This document shows, in pieces, positions 1 through 8,391 of a DNA stretch of 64,000 nt. The stretch is taken from NCBI GenBank assembly GCA_045593985.1, contig JAZNXR010000002.1, positions 3,790-67,789 of the forward strand, written 5' to 3'. The notes under the pieces are model-generated. The model was given only the letters and a program-made list of their open reading frames with translations. It made no database searches and was not told the DNA's origin. Origin of the DNA: Eubacteriales bacterium (GTDB taxonomy: Bacteria; Bacillota; Clostridia; Oscillospirales; CAG-272). Positions within the stretch are counted from its first letter, which is position 1; each line of letters opens with the position of its first letter. A program made the translations under genes and the position numbers.

Positions 1-251
1 GGAAAACGCTGTTTATAGCGATAATGACGGGAGTTATCGAGGTCGTCGGAACGCTTCTCGGCTACCTTGCGATAACGCTTTCAAAGGCAATTCTGCCCTT
101 CGCACTTGCCTTTGCGGGCGGAACGATGCTCTACGTCATAAGTGACGAAATGATTCCCGAAACGCACTCGCACGGAAGCGAACGGGGCGCAACATACGCC
201 CTTATCCTCGGCTTCTGCTTTATGCTCGTGTTTGACACCCTGATAGGGTGA
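1..251 (+). CDS. ZIP family metal (zinc) transporter, C-terminal part; gene starts upstream of the window
   Basis: Reading frame is open from nt 3. Hydrophobic C-terminal TM segments with ISDEMIPETHSHG, typical of ZupT/ZIP permeases. Confidence 0.8.
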   Translation, partial: KTLFIAIMTGVIEVVGTLLGYLAITLSKAILPFALAFAGGTMLYVISDEMIPETHSHGSERGATYALILGFCFMLVFDTLIG

Positions 252-257
252 AAGCAT

Positions 258-317
258 CGCCACATTGTCTTGCCTTCCCCTTGGGGAAGGGGGACCGCGA
301 TAGCGGTGGATGAGGTG
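258..317 (+). repeat. R2b repeat arm (CGCC..TCTTGCCTTCCCC-TTG-GGGGAAGG..hairpin..GGATGAGGTG)
   Basis: Same module order as both arms at 36676-36863. 8-bp stem CCTTCCCC/GGGGAAGG followed by the ACCGC-GATA-GCGGT hairpin. Confidence 0.8.
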
Positions 318-354
318 TAGGTTGCGAAGCAACCGTATGCCAAATATGCCTTCG

Positions 355-375
355 GTAGGGAGGGGTTTCCCTCCC
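355..375 (+). repeat. R1-like GTAG-headed hairpin (GTAGGGAGGGGTTTCCCTCCC)
   Basis: GTAG followed by a 7-bp perfect stem GGGAGGG/CCCTCCC; short-loop variant of the family. Confidence 0.6.
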
Positions 376-405
376 GCGTAATATAAATATCAAAAGGAGA
401 AAACT

Positions 406-1191
406 ATGTTCAAAATCGGTAAATCGACGTCGGGGATGCATCTCGACAAGGAAACCTTCGGAATTCTTAAAAATGCGGGCTTCGATGCAGTTGAGATTTC
501 ATATCCGCCGTCAGGCTATGACAATATCAATTACGAGGAATTGAAGGCGCTTTCCGAGGAATACGGTATCGAGCTTTGGTCCTATCATCTCCCCTTTTCG
601 CCCTTTGATATCATCGATATATCCGATGTAAATAAGGTCGACTATACGGTAAAATACGCCTCCGAGCTTATTTCAAAGGCGGCGGCTATCGGAATCAAAA
701 AATTCACGATCCACCCCTCTGCCGAGCCTATGACAGAGGAGGAGCGCCCCGCACGCATGGCGTGCGCAAAGGAGGGACTGTCTCGCCTTGCGGAATATGC
801 AAAAACGCTTGGCGCAACTATCTGCGTTGAATGTCTGCCTCGCACCTGCCTCGGCAGAGACTCGTCCGATATTATCGAGCTTCTTTCTGCACATCCCGAC
901 CTTCGTTGCTGCTTCGATACAAATCACCTTCTCTATGAGGATCCGGTTGATTTTGCATATAAGGTCGGAAGCAAGATCGCTACGATGCACGTCTCCGATT
1001 GCGACTTCACGAACGAAAAGCATTGGTTCCCGGGCGTCGGACTTATCAGATGGCACGACCTCTACAAAGCGCTCGTTGAGGTTGGCTACAACGGCGTTTG
1101 GATGTATGAGCTGGGCTTTGGCACCTATTCTCCCGATGACTTCATTCGCAACGCCCACGAAATTGCCGAGGGCAAGCCGATAACGGTATGA
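406..1191 (+). CDS. sugar phosphate isomerase/epimerase (xylose isomerase-like TIM barrel)
   Basis: SD AAAGGAGA upstream. Family-typical segments GFDAVEI, HLPF, FTIHPS, CVEC LPR, FDTNH. Confidence 0.8.
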   Translation: MFKIGKSTSGMHLDKETFGILKNAGFDAVEISYPPSGYDNINYEELKALSEEYGIELWSYHLPFSPFDIIDISDVNKVDYTVKYASELISKAAAIGIKKFTIHPSAEPMTEEERPARMACAKEGLSRLAEYAKTLGATICVECLPRTCLGRDSSDIIELLSAHPDLRCCFDTNHLLYEDPVDFAYKVGSKIATMHVSDCDFTNEKHWFPGVGLIRWHDLYKALVEVGYNGVWMYELGFGTYSPDDFIRNAHEIAEGKPITV

Positions 1192-1195
1192 TCAT

Positions 1196-1227
1196 AAAAA
1201 ACAGCAGGCACGGCCTGCTGTTTTTTT
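1196..1227 (+). terminator. rho-independent terminator
   Basis: CAGCAGG-CACGG-CCTGCTG stem followed by T7, 5 nt after the stop codon. Confidence 0.85.
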
Positions 1228-1283
1228 ATACTGTAACCGCCCGCCATAATGACGGATGAGATGTGGGCGGCAACGCCGCCGTT

Positions 1284-1309
1284 GTAGGGTGCGACGTCCC
1301 CGACGCACC
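1284..1309 (+). repeat. R1 GTAG-headed hairpin (REP-like)
   Basis: GTAG GGTGCG A CG TCCC CG A CGCACC: 6-bp stem, A.A mismatch, CG clamp, 4-nt loop. Confidence 0.8.
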
Positions 1310-1363
1310 GCTGCTCCCACGCCGGCTCTATTGCTGGGGGGTAAAACGCTTTTCTGCGTTTTC

Positions 1364-1387
1364 GTAGGGCGGTGCCTTGGTGCCGCC
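1364..1387 (+). repeat. R1 variant GTAG-headed hairpin (CTTG loop)
   Basis: GTAG GGCGGTGC CTTG GTGCCGCC. Confidence 0.65.
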
Positions 1388-1419
1388 GTTTCAAAGGAAT
1401 GTAACATTGTTTTTTTAAC

Positions 1420-1445
1420 GGGCTGTCGTGGGCGCCAGCCCCTAC
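1420..1445 (-). repeat. R1 GTAG-headed hairpin (REP-like), reverse orientation
   Basis: Reverse complement is GTAG GGGCTG G CG CCCA CG A CAGCCC. Flanked by GAACAACATGGCGAA, as is the copy at 1525. Confidence 0.8.
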
Positions 1446-1475
1446 GAACAACATGGCGAAGAACACGGGCGTTAC

Positions 1476-1500
1476 CTTGCCTTTTCCCTCAGGAGAAGGT
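1476..1500 (+). repeat. R2 fragment (CTTGCCTTTTCCC-TCAG-GAGAAGGT)
   Basis: Matches the first hairpin module of the R2/R2b elements. Confidence 0.6.
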
Positions 1501-1524
1501 ATTAAGTAACATCGTTTTTTGTGC

Positions 1525-1548
1525 GGCGGGAACAAGCCCCCGCCCTAC
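1525..1548 (-). repeat. R1 variant GTAG-headed hairpin, reverse orientation
   Basis: Reverse complement is GTAG GGCGGG GGCTTGTT CCCGCC. Flank GAACAACGTGGCGAA is shared with the copy at 1420. Confidence 0.65.
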
Positions 1549-1751
1549 GAACAACGTGGCGAAATCTATTTACGGGTAGAGAGCTATGCCCGAAAACGAA
1601 ACACCCCACTATGCGGGGATATTTATTGGCCTCGTTCGCCTTATTTATCAGGCAAAAAAGAAAACAAATTTTTCAAAACCTATGGAAATTTATATATATC
1701 TATGATATAATGTACTATGTATAACTATCTTTACCGAAAGGAGATGCCAAA

Positions 1752-4700
1752 GTGATAAAAACGGCACGAAAAGCGCTGTCATTTTTCCTCAGCCTGTTGA
1801 TAATTATGTTGGCATTTTCTCTTTTCGGAAAAGAAGCATACGCCGCATCTCCGATTGGCGTCTACGGCGGAATCGATCCAACGGTAATGATGTCTGTAAT
1901 CGACAATATCGAGGACGATTTTAACCAAGGATTGTCGGAGTGGACGGTAAGCAAGGGTGCAGCGGAATGTATTACAGAGCTTGATCACGCCCCATATTCT
2001 CCATACGAGGGAACTCACAGCTTAAAGGCCGATATAGGTCAGTATCAGGCAGGCCAGAAAATCACGCTGAAAAAAAGTGTAACCAATCTGCGTGAAACCG
2101 CATCGTATCGCTATATAGCGGCGGCGATCTATGTCCCGAAGGAGGCAAAGAGCGCTACCGTTACAATGAAGCTCGTTGCTTCCCGAGGCTCAATAACAAG
2201 CACGAAAACGGTAGACGGCGGCAAATGGCAAACGGTTTTCTTTGAAACCAACGGTGTAAATAAGGGAAACGCAAGCAGAATCGAATTATCGATCACTGCC
2301 GAAGCCTCCTGCAACCTGTTCGTCCTTCTTGATGCGGTGGGCGCTTGCCGTGAGGAAGGCGATATACATAAAGCAAAATACCTGACCGACAGCTTCCTCC
2401 CAAGCGGATGTACCGTAGAGTACGACAGAAATCTTACGGTGTCCTTAAACGGCGAAGATCCGTATATCGAGGCAAACGCACTCACAAGCGCAAGCTTCGG
2501 TGACGGCATAGGACTGCGGGTAAATATGATAAATCATACCTCCTGCCGTTCTCTGACGCTTAAATATAAAACCGCAGGCTCGTATGAATACGATAAGGAA
2601 ATAACGCTGTCTCTCCCCGATTTCGATAGAGAAATAACGCTTTTGTATAAGATCCCGGAGGAAAAAATAGATGCGTATGCGCTGTATTTTGACGGAGCAT
2701 CAACGGGAGATATAGAGATAATATCGGTGTCCCCCTCGCCCTGCTTTGAAGAAACAGCGTCGATCGGAAAAATAACCGAGTGTCGAATTGCGCGGGATCT
2801 GAAAAACATTTGGATAAAGGGTAAAGTGAATCTCCCCGAGGAGCTTGACTCCGATAGCGTAATGCTCTATGCGTTAAATCCGAACGAGGATAATTCCAAT
2901 ATCGAAAACCTCCGTGAGCCGCTTTCAGAGGCGAGAATTCAAAACGGAGAATTCTCCTTCACGGTGTCACTCGACCGCAGCTACGAAGGAATATTCAAGA
3001 AATATATCGTGGTAGTTACGAACGAAGAAGGCTATAAGCTCGTATGCGAGCCGTGCTACGTAAACAACCCCGAAGCCCTCGCTACCGAGCGAACGCTTCA
3101 CCCCGAATCGAAAAAAGGCATAAGAGCGCTGCCCGAAAATTATATTTTTTGCGGAATTTCGCAAACTGCGCTCGATATAGAGCTGAATGAGCTTTTCGCT
3201 TCGTCGGGCAATGGAACGGTTTCCCATACGGTGGGAGCTGTAACACGTCACTATTCAAAGGAATATCTCGATTCCCTTGACGAAAAAATGAAGCAGTACA
3301 GCAGTGAGGGAATAAGCGTAAGATTCGTATTCAAGCTTAAATCGGGAAATACGGTTATAACTCACCCGAATTCGGTGGGTGAAAATGCCGCATTCAATAC
3401 CGAAACAAGCGAGGGAATAAACGCGTTGAGATCTGTAACCGACCTTTTGGTCAGAAGATACGGCTCATCAAAGGGCGTAACCGATAACCTGGTCGGAATC
3501 GTACTTGGAAATGCGGTAAACGATTCCTATAATAATTACAATCTCGGCAGAGAAACGCTGAGTGAATTTGCTCGCTCCTATTCGGCGGCGCTTCGAACGG
3601 TATATAATGCGTCGGTCAGCATAACGTCGGGCTTCGAAGTAAGCATGTCGCTTGGAGGTGAATGGAGCTTCGACCTGATAGCGACTCAAAAGGGAAGCTA
3701 TGATGCACGAAGTACCCTTGAAGCCGTGTCTGATTGCATCTCGGCGGGAGGAAATATAAACTGGAAGCTCGCCTACGATATAACCCCCGAAGAAGGCGAA
3801 TACGCATTCAGAAAAACCTCGCCCGATATCGGAGCAGGTACGGAGAAAATCACAGCGGATAATCTTGAAGCCTTAACGGAGTTTTTCTCGCTTCAGCCCT
3901 TCCTCTATAACGGTGCGTCAAGAAGCATCCTTCTTATCGGAAACGAGGAAAAAAGGGCAGCAAACGAGCAGGAAGAAAAGCTACTGACAACGGATTATAT
4001 CTACACGTTTCTTCGTATATCGGAAAGATCTATGAGAAACATATCGGGATATATTCCGAGTCATAGCGCCGATTATATGGGGGCGCTGAAATATATCGGC
4101 ACGGATAAGTTTTCTTCGAAAACAGAGTTTGCAGTTGATCTTATCGGAAAAGAACGCTATGAATTGCTGACAGGCTCAGGTATAGTCGTAGACAGAAAAT
4201 ACGCCGAAGCAACAGCGATAAACGAGCTGCCTCAAGGCATCAAGGGCGAGGCTGTGATCTTCAACCTCAGAAAGCAGAACGTGATAAGACCGTCGCTTAA
4301 CTGTCTGACGGCAGAAAGCGGAGTTTCCTACGGAGACCGATCCGACTGGGGAAGAATCCGTTTTACTTCAGCCGACGGCAAGGAGCCTCGGGGCTTTATC
4401 CTCGAGTCAAACAATCTTTTTGACCTGACGGAGGCGCCGTATATAAGCTTCGACCTTGTAATTTCCTCGCTTCCTAAGGGAATCGAGCGAATAAACGTTA
4501 CCGTTGTGCTATACTCTAATAAGAATATGGCAGTGACGGAAACGACAGTGGCAGTCGACAAGGAAAGCAGAATAATCTGCGATATGAGCAGCTTCAGTCA
4601 CCTCTCCTCCTGCGACAGAATCGGAATTTACATAACCGGTGAAAACGGCGAAAGCATCGGAGAGCCTATGATGCTGATATCGTCGGTTAAGGTTCATTCC

Positions 4701-4880
4701 GAAACGCAGACGAGCGATAAGCTGAAGCGTCTGATAAACGTAATGTCAGAGGATGACGATGCCGTGTCGGTATATACTGTAATAAACCTTGCGATCATCG
4801 CTTTTGCATCTGTCACGGCACTTATCGTGAGAATCATAAGACGAAACAAACGTCCGACAAAAACGGACGGCAATGAATAA
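1752..4880 (+). CDS. large secreted, C-terminally membrane-anchored surface protein; central region resembles an uncharacterised glycoside-hydrolase-like TIM-barrel family (DUF5722-like, from memory)
   Basis: GTG start with SD AAAGGAG. Signal peptide ending AYA/AS. C-terminal TM helix followed by RRNKRPTK. No catalytic motif recognised. Confidence 0.7.
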   Translation: MIKTARKALSFFLSLLIIMLAFSLFGKEAYAASPIGVYGGIDPTVMMSVIDNIEDDFNQGLSEWTVSKGAAECITELDHAPYSPYEGTHSLKADIGQYQAGQKITLKKSVTNLRETASYRYIAAAIYVPKEAKSATVTMKLVASRGSITSTKTVDGGKWQTVFFETNGVNKGNASRIELSITAEASCNLFVLLDAVGACREEGDIHKAKYLTDSFLPSGCTVEYDRNLTVSLNGEDPYIEANALTSASFGDGIGLRVNMINHTSCRSLTLKYKTAGSYEYDKEITLSLPDFDREITLLYKIPEEKIDAYALYFDGASTGDIEIISVSPSPCFEETASIGKITECRIARDLKNIWIKGKVNLPEELDSDSVMLYALNPNEDNSNIENLREPLSEARIQNGEFSFTVSLDRSYEGIFKKYIVVVTNEEGYKLVCEPCYVNNPEALATERTLHPESKKGIRALPENYIFCGISQTALDIELNELFASSGNGTVSHTVGAVTRHYSKEYLDSLDEKMKQYSSEGISVRFVFKLKSGNTVITHPNSVGENAAFNTETSEGINALRSVTDLLVRRYGSSKGVTDNLVGIVLGNAVNDSYNNYNLGRETLSEFARSYSAALRTVYNASVSITSGFEVSMSLGGEWSFDLIATQKGSYDARSTLEAVSDCISAGGNINWKLAYDITPEEGEYAFRKTSPDIGAGTEKITADNLEALTEFFSLQPFLYNGASRSILLIGNEEKRAANEQEEKLLTTDYIYTFLRISERSMRNISGYIPSHSADYMGALKYIGTDKFSSKTEFAVDLIGKERYELLTGSGIVVDRKYAEATAINELPQGIKGEAVIFNLRKQNVIRPSLNCLTAESGVSYGDRSDWGRIRFTSADGKEPRGFILESNNLFDLTEAPYISFDLVISSLPKGIERINVTVVLYSNKNMAVTETTVAVDKESRIICDMSSFSHLSSCDRIGIYITGENGESIGEPMMLISSVKVHSETQTSDKLKRLINVMSEDDDAVSVYTVINLAIIAFASVTALIVRIIRRNKRPTKTDGNE

Positions 4881-4911
4881 AAGAAATTAAATTTACGGAG
4901 GCAAATAAATT

Positions 4912-5175
4912 ATGACAAGCTACAACAACGAAAAGGAAAAAACAATAACCTTCTCGATAAGAGACGAAAAGGACATTGAGATCAAGAGAGTTCTTCAGAC
5001 CGTTTATTCCGCGCTCAGCGAGAAAGGCTATAACCCGATCAATCAGATCGTAGGCTACATCCTTTCGGAGGATCCGACCTATATCACCAACCACAAAAAC
5101 GCAAGAGCGTTGATCTGCAAGGTGGATAGAGACGATATCCTCAACTCTCTCGTTCGCAGCTACCTCGGCATCTGA
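4912..5175 (+). CDS. ireB: IreB family regulatory phosphoprotein (UPF0297)
   Basis: 87 aa; VYSALSEKGYNPINQIVGYILSEDPTYIT is the family signature; SD GGAGG. Confidence 0.85.
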   Translation: MTSYNNEKEKTITFSIRDEKDIEIKRVLQTVYSALSEKGYNPINQIVGYILSEDPTYITNHKNARALICKVDRDDILNSLVRSYLGI

Positions 5176-5177
5176 CG

Positions 5178-6032
5178 GTGAACAAAAAGAGAACCGTCCT
5201 TCTCGGAAACTTCGACGGTGTTCATATCGGCCATCAAGCCTTGATAAAAAAAGGCCGCAGTGAAGCCGATAAAAGAGGAACGCCTCTTACCGTCTGGACG
5301 TTTGATACCCTGTTTTCTCCTGCCCTGACGGCGAAGGATGACAGGGTGGAGCTTCTGCGCTCATACGGCGTCGACGAGGTTATCATCGAAAGCTTCGAGA
5401 GGGTAAAAAATCTGACTCCCGCTGAATTTGTAAGCAATATTCTTCACACCGAGTTGTCTTGCGAGCTCTGCATCTGCGGCTATAATTATACCTTCGGATG
5501 CGGCGGCATAGGCGATCCACAGCTTCTTCGGGAGCTGTGCTCCGAATGGGGAATAGATGCAGAAATTATCGGGAGAGTAACGGTTGACGGCGGCGACGTT
5601 TCCTCGTCAGCAATAAGAAAAATGCTGACAGACGGTGACATTGAGGGCGCAAATAAGCTTTTCGGCAGAAGCTATTTTCTTCGGGATACAGTAAAAGAGG
5701 GAAATAAAAAGGGACGCAGCGTCGGAATGCCGACGGCAAACATTTATCCGAGCGGACTCTGCCTGCCGAAAAACGGCGTTTATGCAACTATAACGGTCGT
5801 AAACGGAAAAAGGCTTCCTTCGGTGACGAACGTCGGACTTCGTCCAACCGTGAACGATGGCAGAGGCGTCTCTGTCGAAACACATATTATTGATTTTGAA
5901 GGCAACCTTTACGGCAAGGAAATCAAGATCGAGTTCCTTTCCTTTCTTCGCCCCGAGCAAAAATTCGATTCGCTTGACGAGGTGCAGAATGCGGTAAAGG
6001 GCGATATCGCAAAGGCAAAAACATTATTTTAG
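5178..6032 (+). CDS. ribF: bifunctional riboflavin kinase / FMN adenylyltransferase
   Basis: GNFDGVHIGHQ nucleotidyltransferase motif and C-terminal riboflavin kinase PTANI..THI motifs. GTG start, position uncertain. Confidence 0.9.
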   Translation: MNKKRTVLLGNFDGVHIGHQALIKKGRSEADKRGTPLTVWTFDTLFSPALTAKDDRVELLRSYGVDEVIIESFERVKNLTPAEFVSNILHTELSCELCICGYNYTFGCGGIGDPQLLRELCSEWGIDAEIIGRVTVDGGDVSSSAIRKMLTDGDIEGANKLFGRSYFLRDTVKEGNKKGRSVGMPTANIYPSGLCLPKNGVYATITVVNGKRLPSVTNVGLRPTVNDGRGVSVETHIIDFEGNLYGKEIKIEFLSFLRPEQKFDSLDEVQNAVKGDIAKAKTLF

Positions 6033-6049
6033 AAAACGAGTAAAGAAAA

Positions 6050-7483
6050 ATGAAGCTATTTAAGACGGCAAAAAGAATAATAACAGTCATCATGGCGTTT
6101 GCCATGGTGCTTGCCGTCATGCCCTTGACCGCAAAGGCGGCACCTGCGCCCGAGCTTGTTTCGAGCGATACAGCAATGCTTTACTGTGTCGAATCGGACA
6201 CCGTGCTTTTCAACCATAACGGTGACGTAAAAACAAAGCCCGGAGTCCTCATAAAGCTGATGGTGGCGCTTGTCGCAATTGAGGAAGCGGAAAACAGAGG
6301 TATGACGCTCGACAGTGGCTTCACGGCATCAAGCAAGGCTATCCGCGATGCCCGAGGAAAGCACATCTCAATGAAAAGCGGAGAGGTTTTCCGTCTCCGT
6401 GACCTGATTGCCGCAATGCTTCATGCAGATGCAGACGATGCTGCACACGTTATCGCCGAGGGAATAGCAGACAATTATAAAAACTTTGTCGAGCTTATGA
6501 ATCATAAGGCGAAGGATCTCGGAATGACAAGCACCGAGTATTTTTCGGTGACGGGCACGGAGGACGAAAAGAGCTATACAACAGCCGCCGACCAAATGCT
6601 CCTCGCCGCCTATGCGATCAGAATACAGGAGCTATCCGATATAGCTCGCCAGATAAGAGCCGTAATACCGAAAACGAACAAATCCGCAGCTCGCTACTAC
6701 GGTACGACAAACTATCTTATCAGCTCAAGAGTCAATGCCGATTATTATCTTTCGACAGCAACGGGCTTTATTGCGGGAAATCAGTCGATTGCCGGCTACT
6801 GCGGCATTGTAACCTCACGCCGTGACGGACTGAACTACATAGCGGTAATTACAGGCGCACATACGACAAGAGTCCTCGTCAAGGACGAATACGAATCGGT
6901 GGACGAGAACGGAAAGCCGATCACCGTCCCCGCAGAATATAAAACGATATACCACGGCTTAAGCGAGGGCAGAGAGCTTTTGGTCTGGGGAGAAAAGAAT
7001 TTCGGCTATGTAAAGGCGCTCAGCTCCGCAACCCCGATAGTTGATATTCCTGTCAAGCTTGGCGCAGGAACAGACAGAGTGGCGCTTATGCCGCAAAGAG
7101 ATATAGAAATATTTGTTTCGGACGACACCGACATAAAAAACGAGGTAAGCTACAGCTACGTGCTCAATACCGAGTCACTTACCGCGCCGATCAAGGCAGG
7201 ACAAGTCGTCGGAACTCTCTACGTAACCTATAAGGGCGAAAAGATCGGTGAGGTGCCGCTTGTCGCAAGAAGCAATATCGAGCGAGACGGCTGGCTCACG
7301 GTCGGACACAAAATAAAAGAGCTGATATCAACGCCGTTTTTCATCGTGCTTCTCGTTCTTACCGTATTTGCCGCAGTATTTTACGTAATTATGACGGCGG
7401 TAAAAAGGCAGAAAAAGGAAACCGAGAGAAAGCTTCTCGCCTCGCGTGAGCGCAGATATCTCGGAACTGGCAATAAAAAATGA
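6050..7483 (+). CDS. D-alanyl-D-alanine carboxypeptidase (S11 serine peptidase, PBP5-like) with C-terminal TM anchor
   Basis: Signal peptide, PBP5-like N-terminal domain, C-terminal TM helix. Confidence 0.8.
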   Translation: MKLFKTAKRIITVIMAFAMVLAVMPLTAKAAPAPELVSSDTAMLYCVESDTVLFNHNGDVKTKPGVLIKLMVALVAIEEAENRGMTLDSGFTASSKAIRDARGKHISMKSGEVFRLRDLIAAMLHADADDAAHVIAEGIADNYKNFVELMNHKAKDLGMTSTEYFSVTGTEDEKSYTTAADQMLLAAYAIRIQELSDIARQIRAVIPKTNKSAARYYGTTNYLISSRVNADYYLSTATGFIAGNQSIAGYCGIVTSRRDGLNYIAVITGAHTTRVLVKDEYESVDENGKPITVPAEYKTIYHGLSEGRELLVWGEKNFGYVKALSSATPIVDIPVKLGAGTDRVALMPQRDIEIFVSDDTDIKNEVSYSYVLNTESLTAPIKAGQVVGTLYVTYKGEKIGEVPLVARSNIERDGWLTVGHKIKELISTPFFIVLLVLTVFAAVFYVIMTAVKRQKKETERKLLASRERRYLGTGNKK

Positions 7484-8379
7484 AAGACGGAGTATTGCTC
7501 GTTGACAAGGGAGAGGGAATGACCTCCTTCGACGTTGTCGGCAAAATAAGAAGATTATACGGAACGAAGCAGGTCGGACATACAGGAACGCTTGATCCGA
7601 TGGCAACGGGACTGCTCACAGTCCTTGTCGGCCGTGCGGTAAAGGCGTCGGAATATCTGACCGAGCACGATAAAAGCTATAAAGCAACCCTGAAGCTCGG
7701 TTTAACGACCGACACCGAGGATATAAGCGGAAAGGTTTTGACTCAAAGCAGTAATATTCCAAGTGCCGATGAGGTAAAAAGGGCATGCCAGGGCTTCGTC
7801 GGTAATATAAAGCAGATCCCCCCAATGTATTCTGCGCTTAAAAGAGACGGTAAAAAGCTCTGCGATCTCGCAAGAGAGGGCGTTGAGATCGAGCGTGAGC
7901 CGAGGGATATAACGGTATATTCCCTCGCCGTTACCGAAACCGATAAAAACGATGAATACATTCTTGACGTTTCCTGCTCAAAGGGAACGTATATAAGAAC
8001 GCTCTGCGCCGATATCGGGAAAAGCCTCGGCTGCGGAGGGGTAATGTCGGCACTGCGCCGCACGTCGGTAGGCGAGTTTTCGCTTGAAAACGCAAAAAAC
8101 CTGACCGAGCTTGAAAATTTGACCGAAAGCGAGCGTGAAGCGCTCCTTCTCGAAACGGAAGCACTCTTTTTCGAGTATAAAAAGGTAGTCCTCCCCGACT
8201 TTTTTGCACGCCTAAGTAATTCCGGCTGCGAAATCTACCTGAAAAAGTTGGGCATAGACCTGAACGAAGGCGAAAGAGTTCGCCTTCACGATAAAAAAGG
8301 CTTCTTCTCGCTCGGCGAGGTTAAAAATTACGAAAGCGGAATGGCAATCAAGCCGATAAAGAAATTCAGAATAGAATAA
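7480..8379 (+). CDS. truB: tRNA pseudouridine(55) synthase
   Basis: GVLLVDKGEGMTSFDVV and HTGTLDPMATGLL catalytic Asp motif. ATGA overlap with the upstream gene. Confidence 0.95.
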   Translation: MKDGVLLVDKGEGMTSFDVVGKIRRLYGTKQVGHTGTLDPMATGLLTVLVGRAVKASEYLTEHDKSYKATLKLGLTTDTEDISGKVLTQSSNIPSADEVKRACQGFVGNIKQIPPMYSALKRDGKKLCDLAREGVEIEREPRDITVYSLAVTETDKNDEYILDVSCSKGTYIRTLCADIGKSLGCGGVMSALRRTSVGEFSLENAKNLTELENLTESEREALLLETEALFFEYKKVVLPDFFARLSNSGCEIYLKKLGIDLNEGERVRLHDKKGFFSLGEVKNYESGMAIKPIKKFRIE

Positions 8380-8391
8380 GGCAAATTATAA

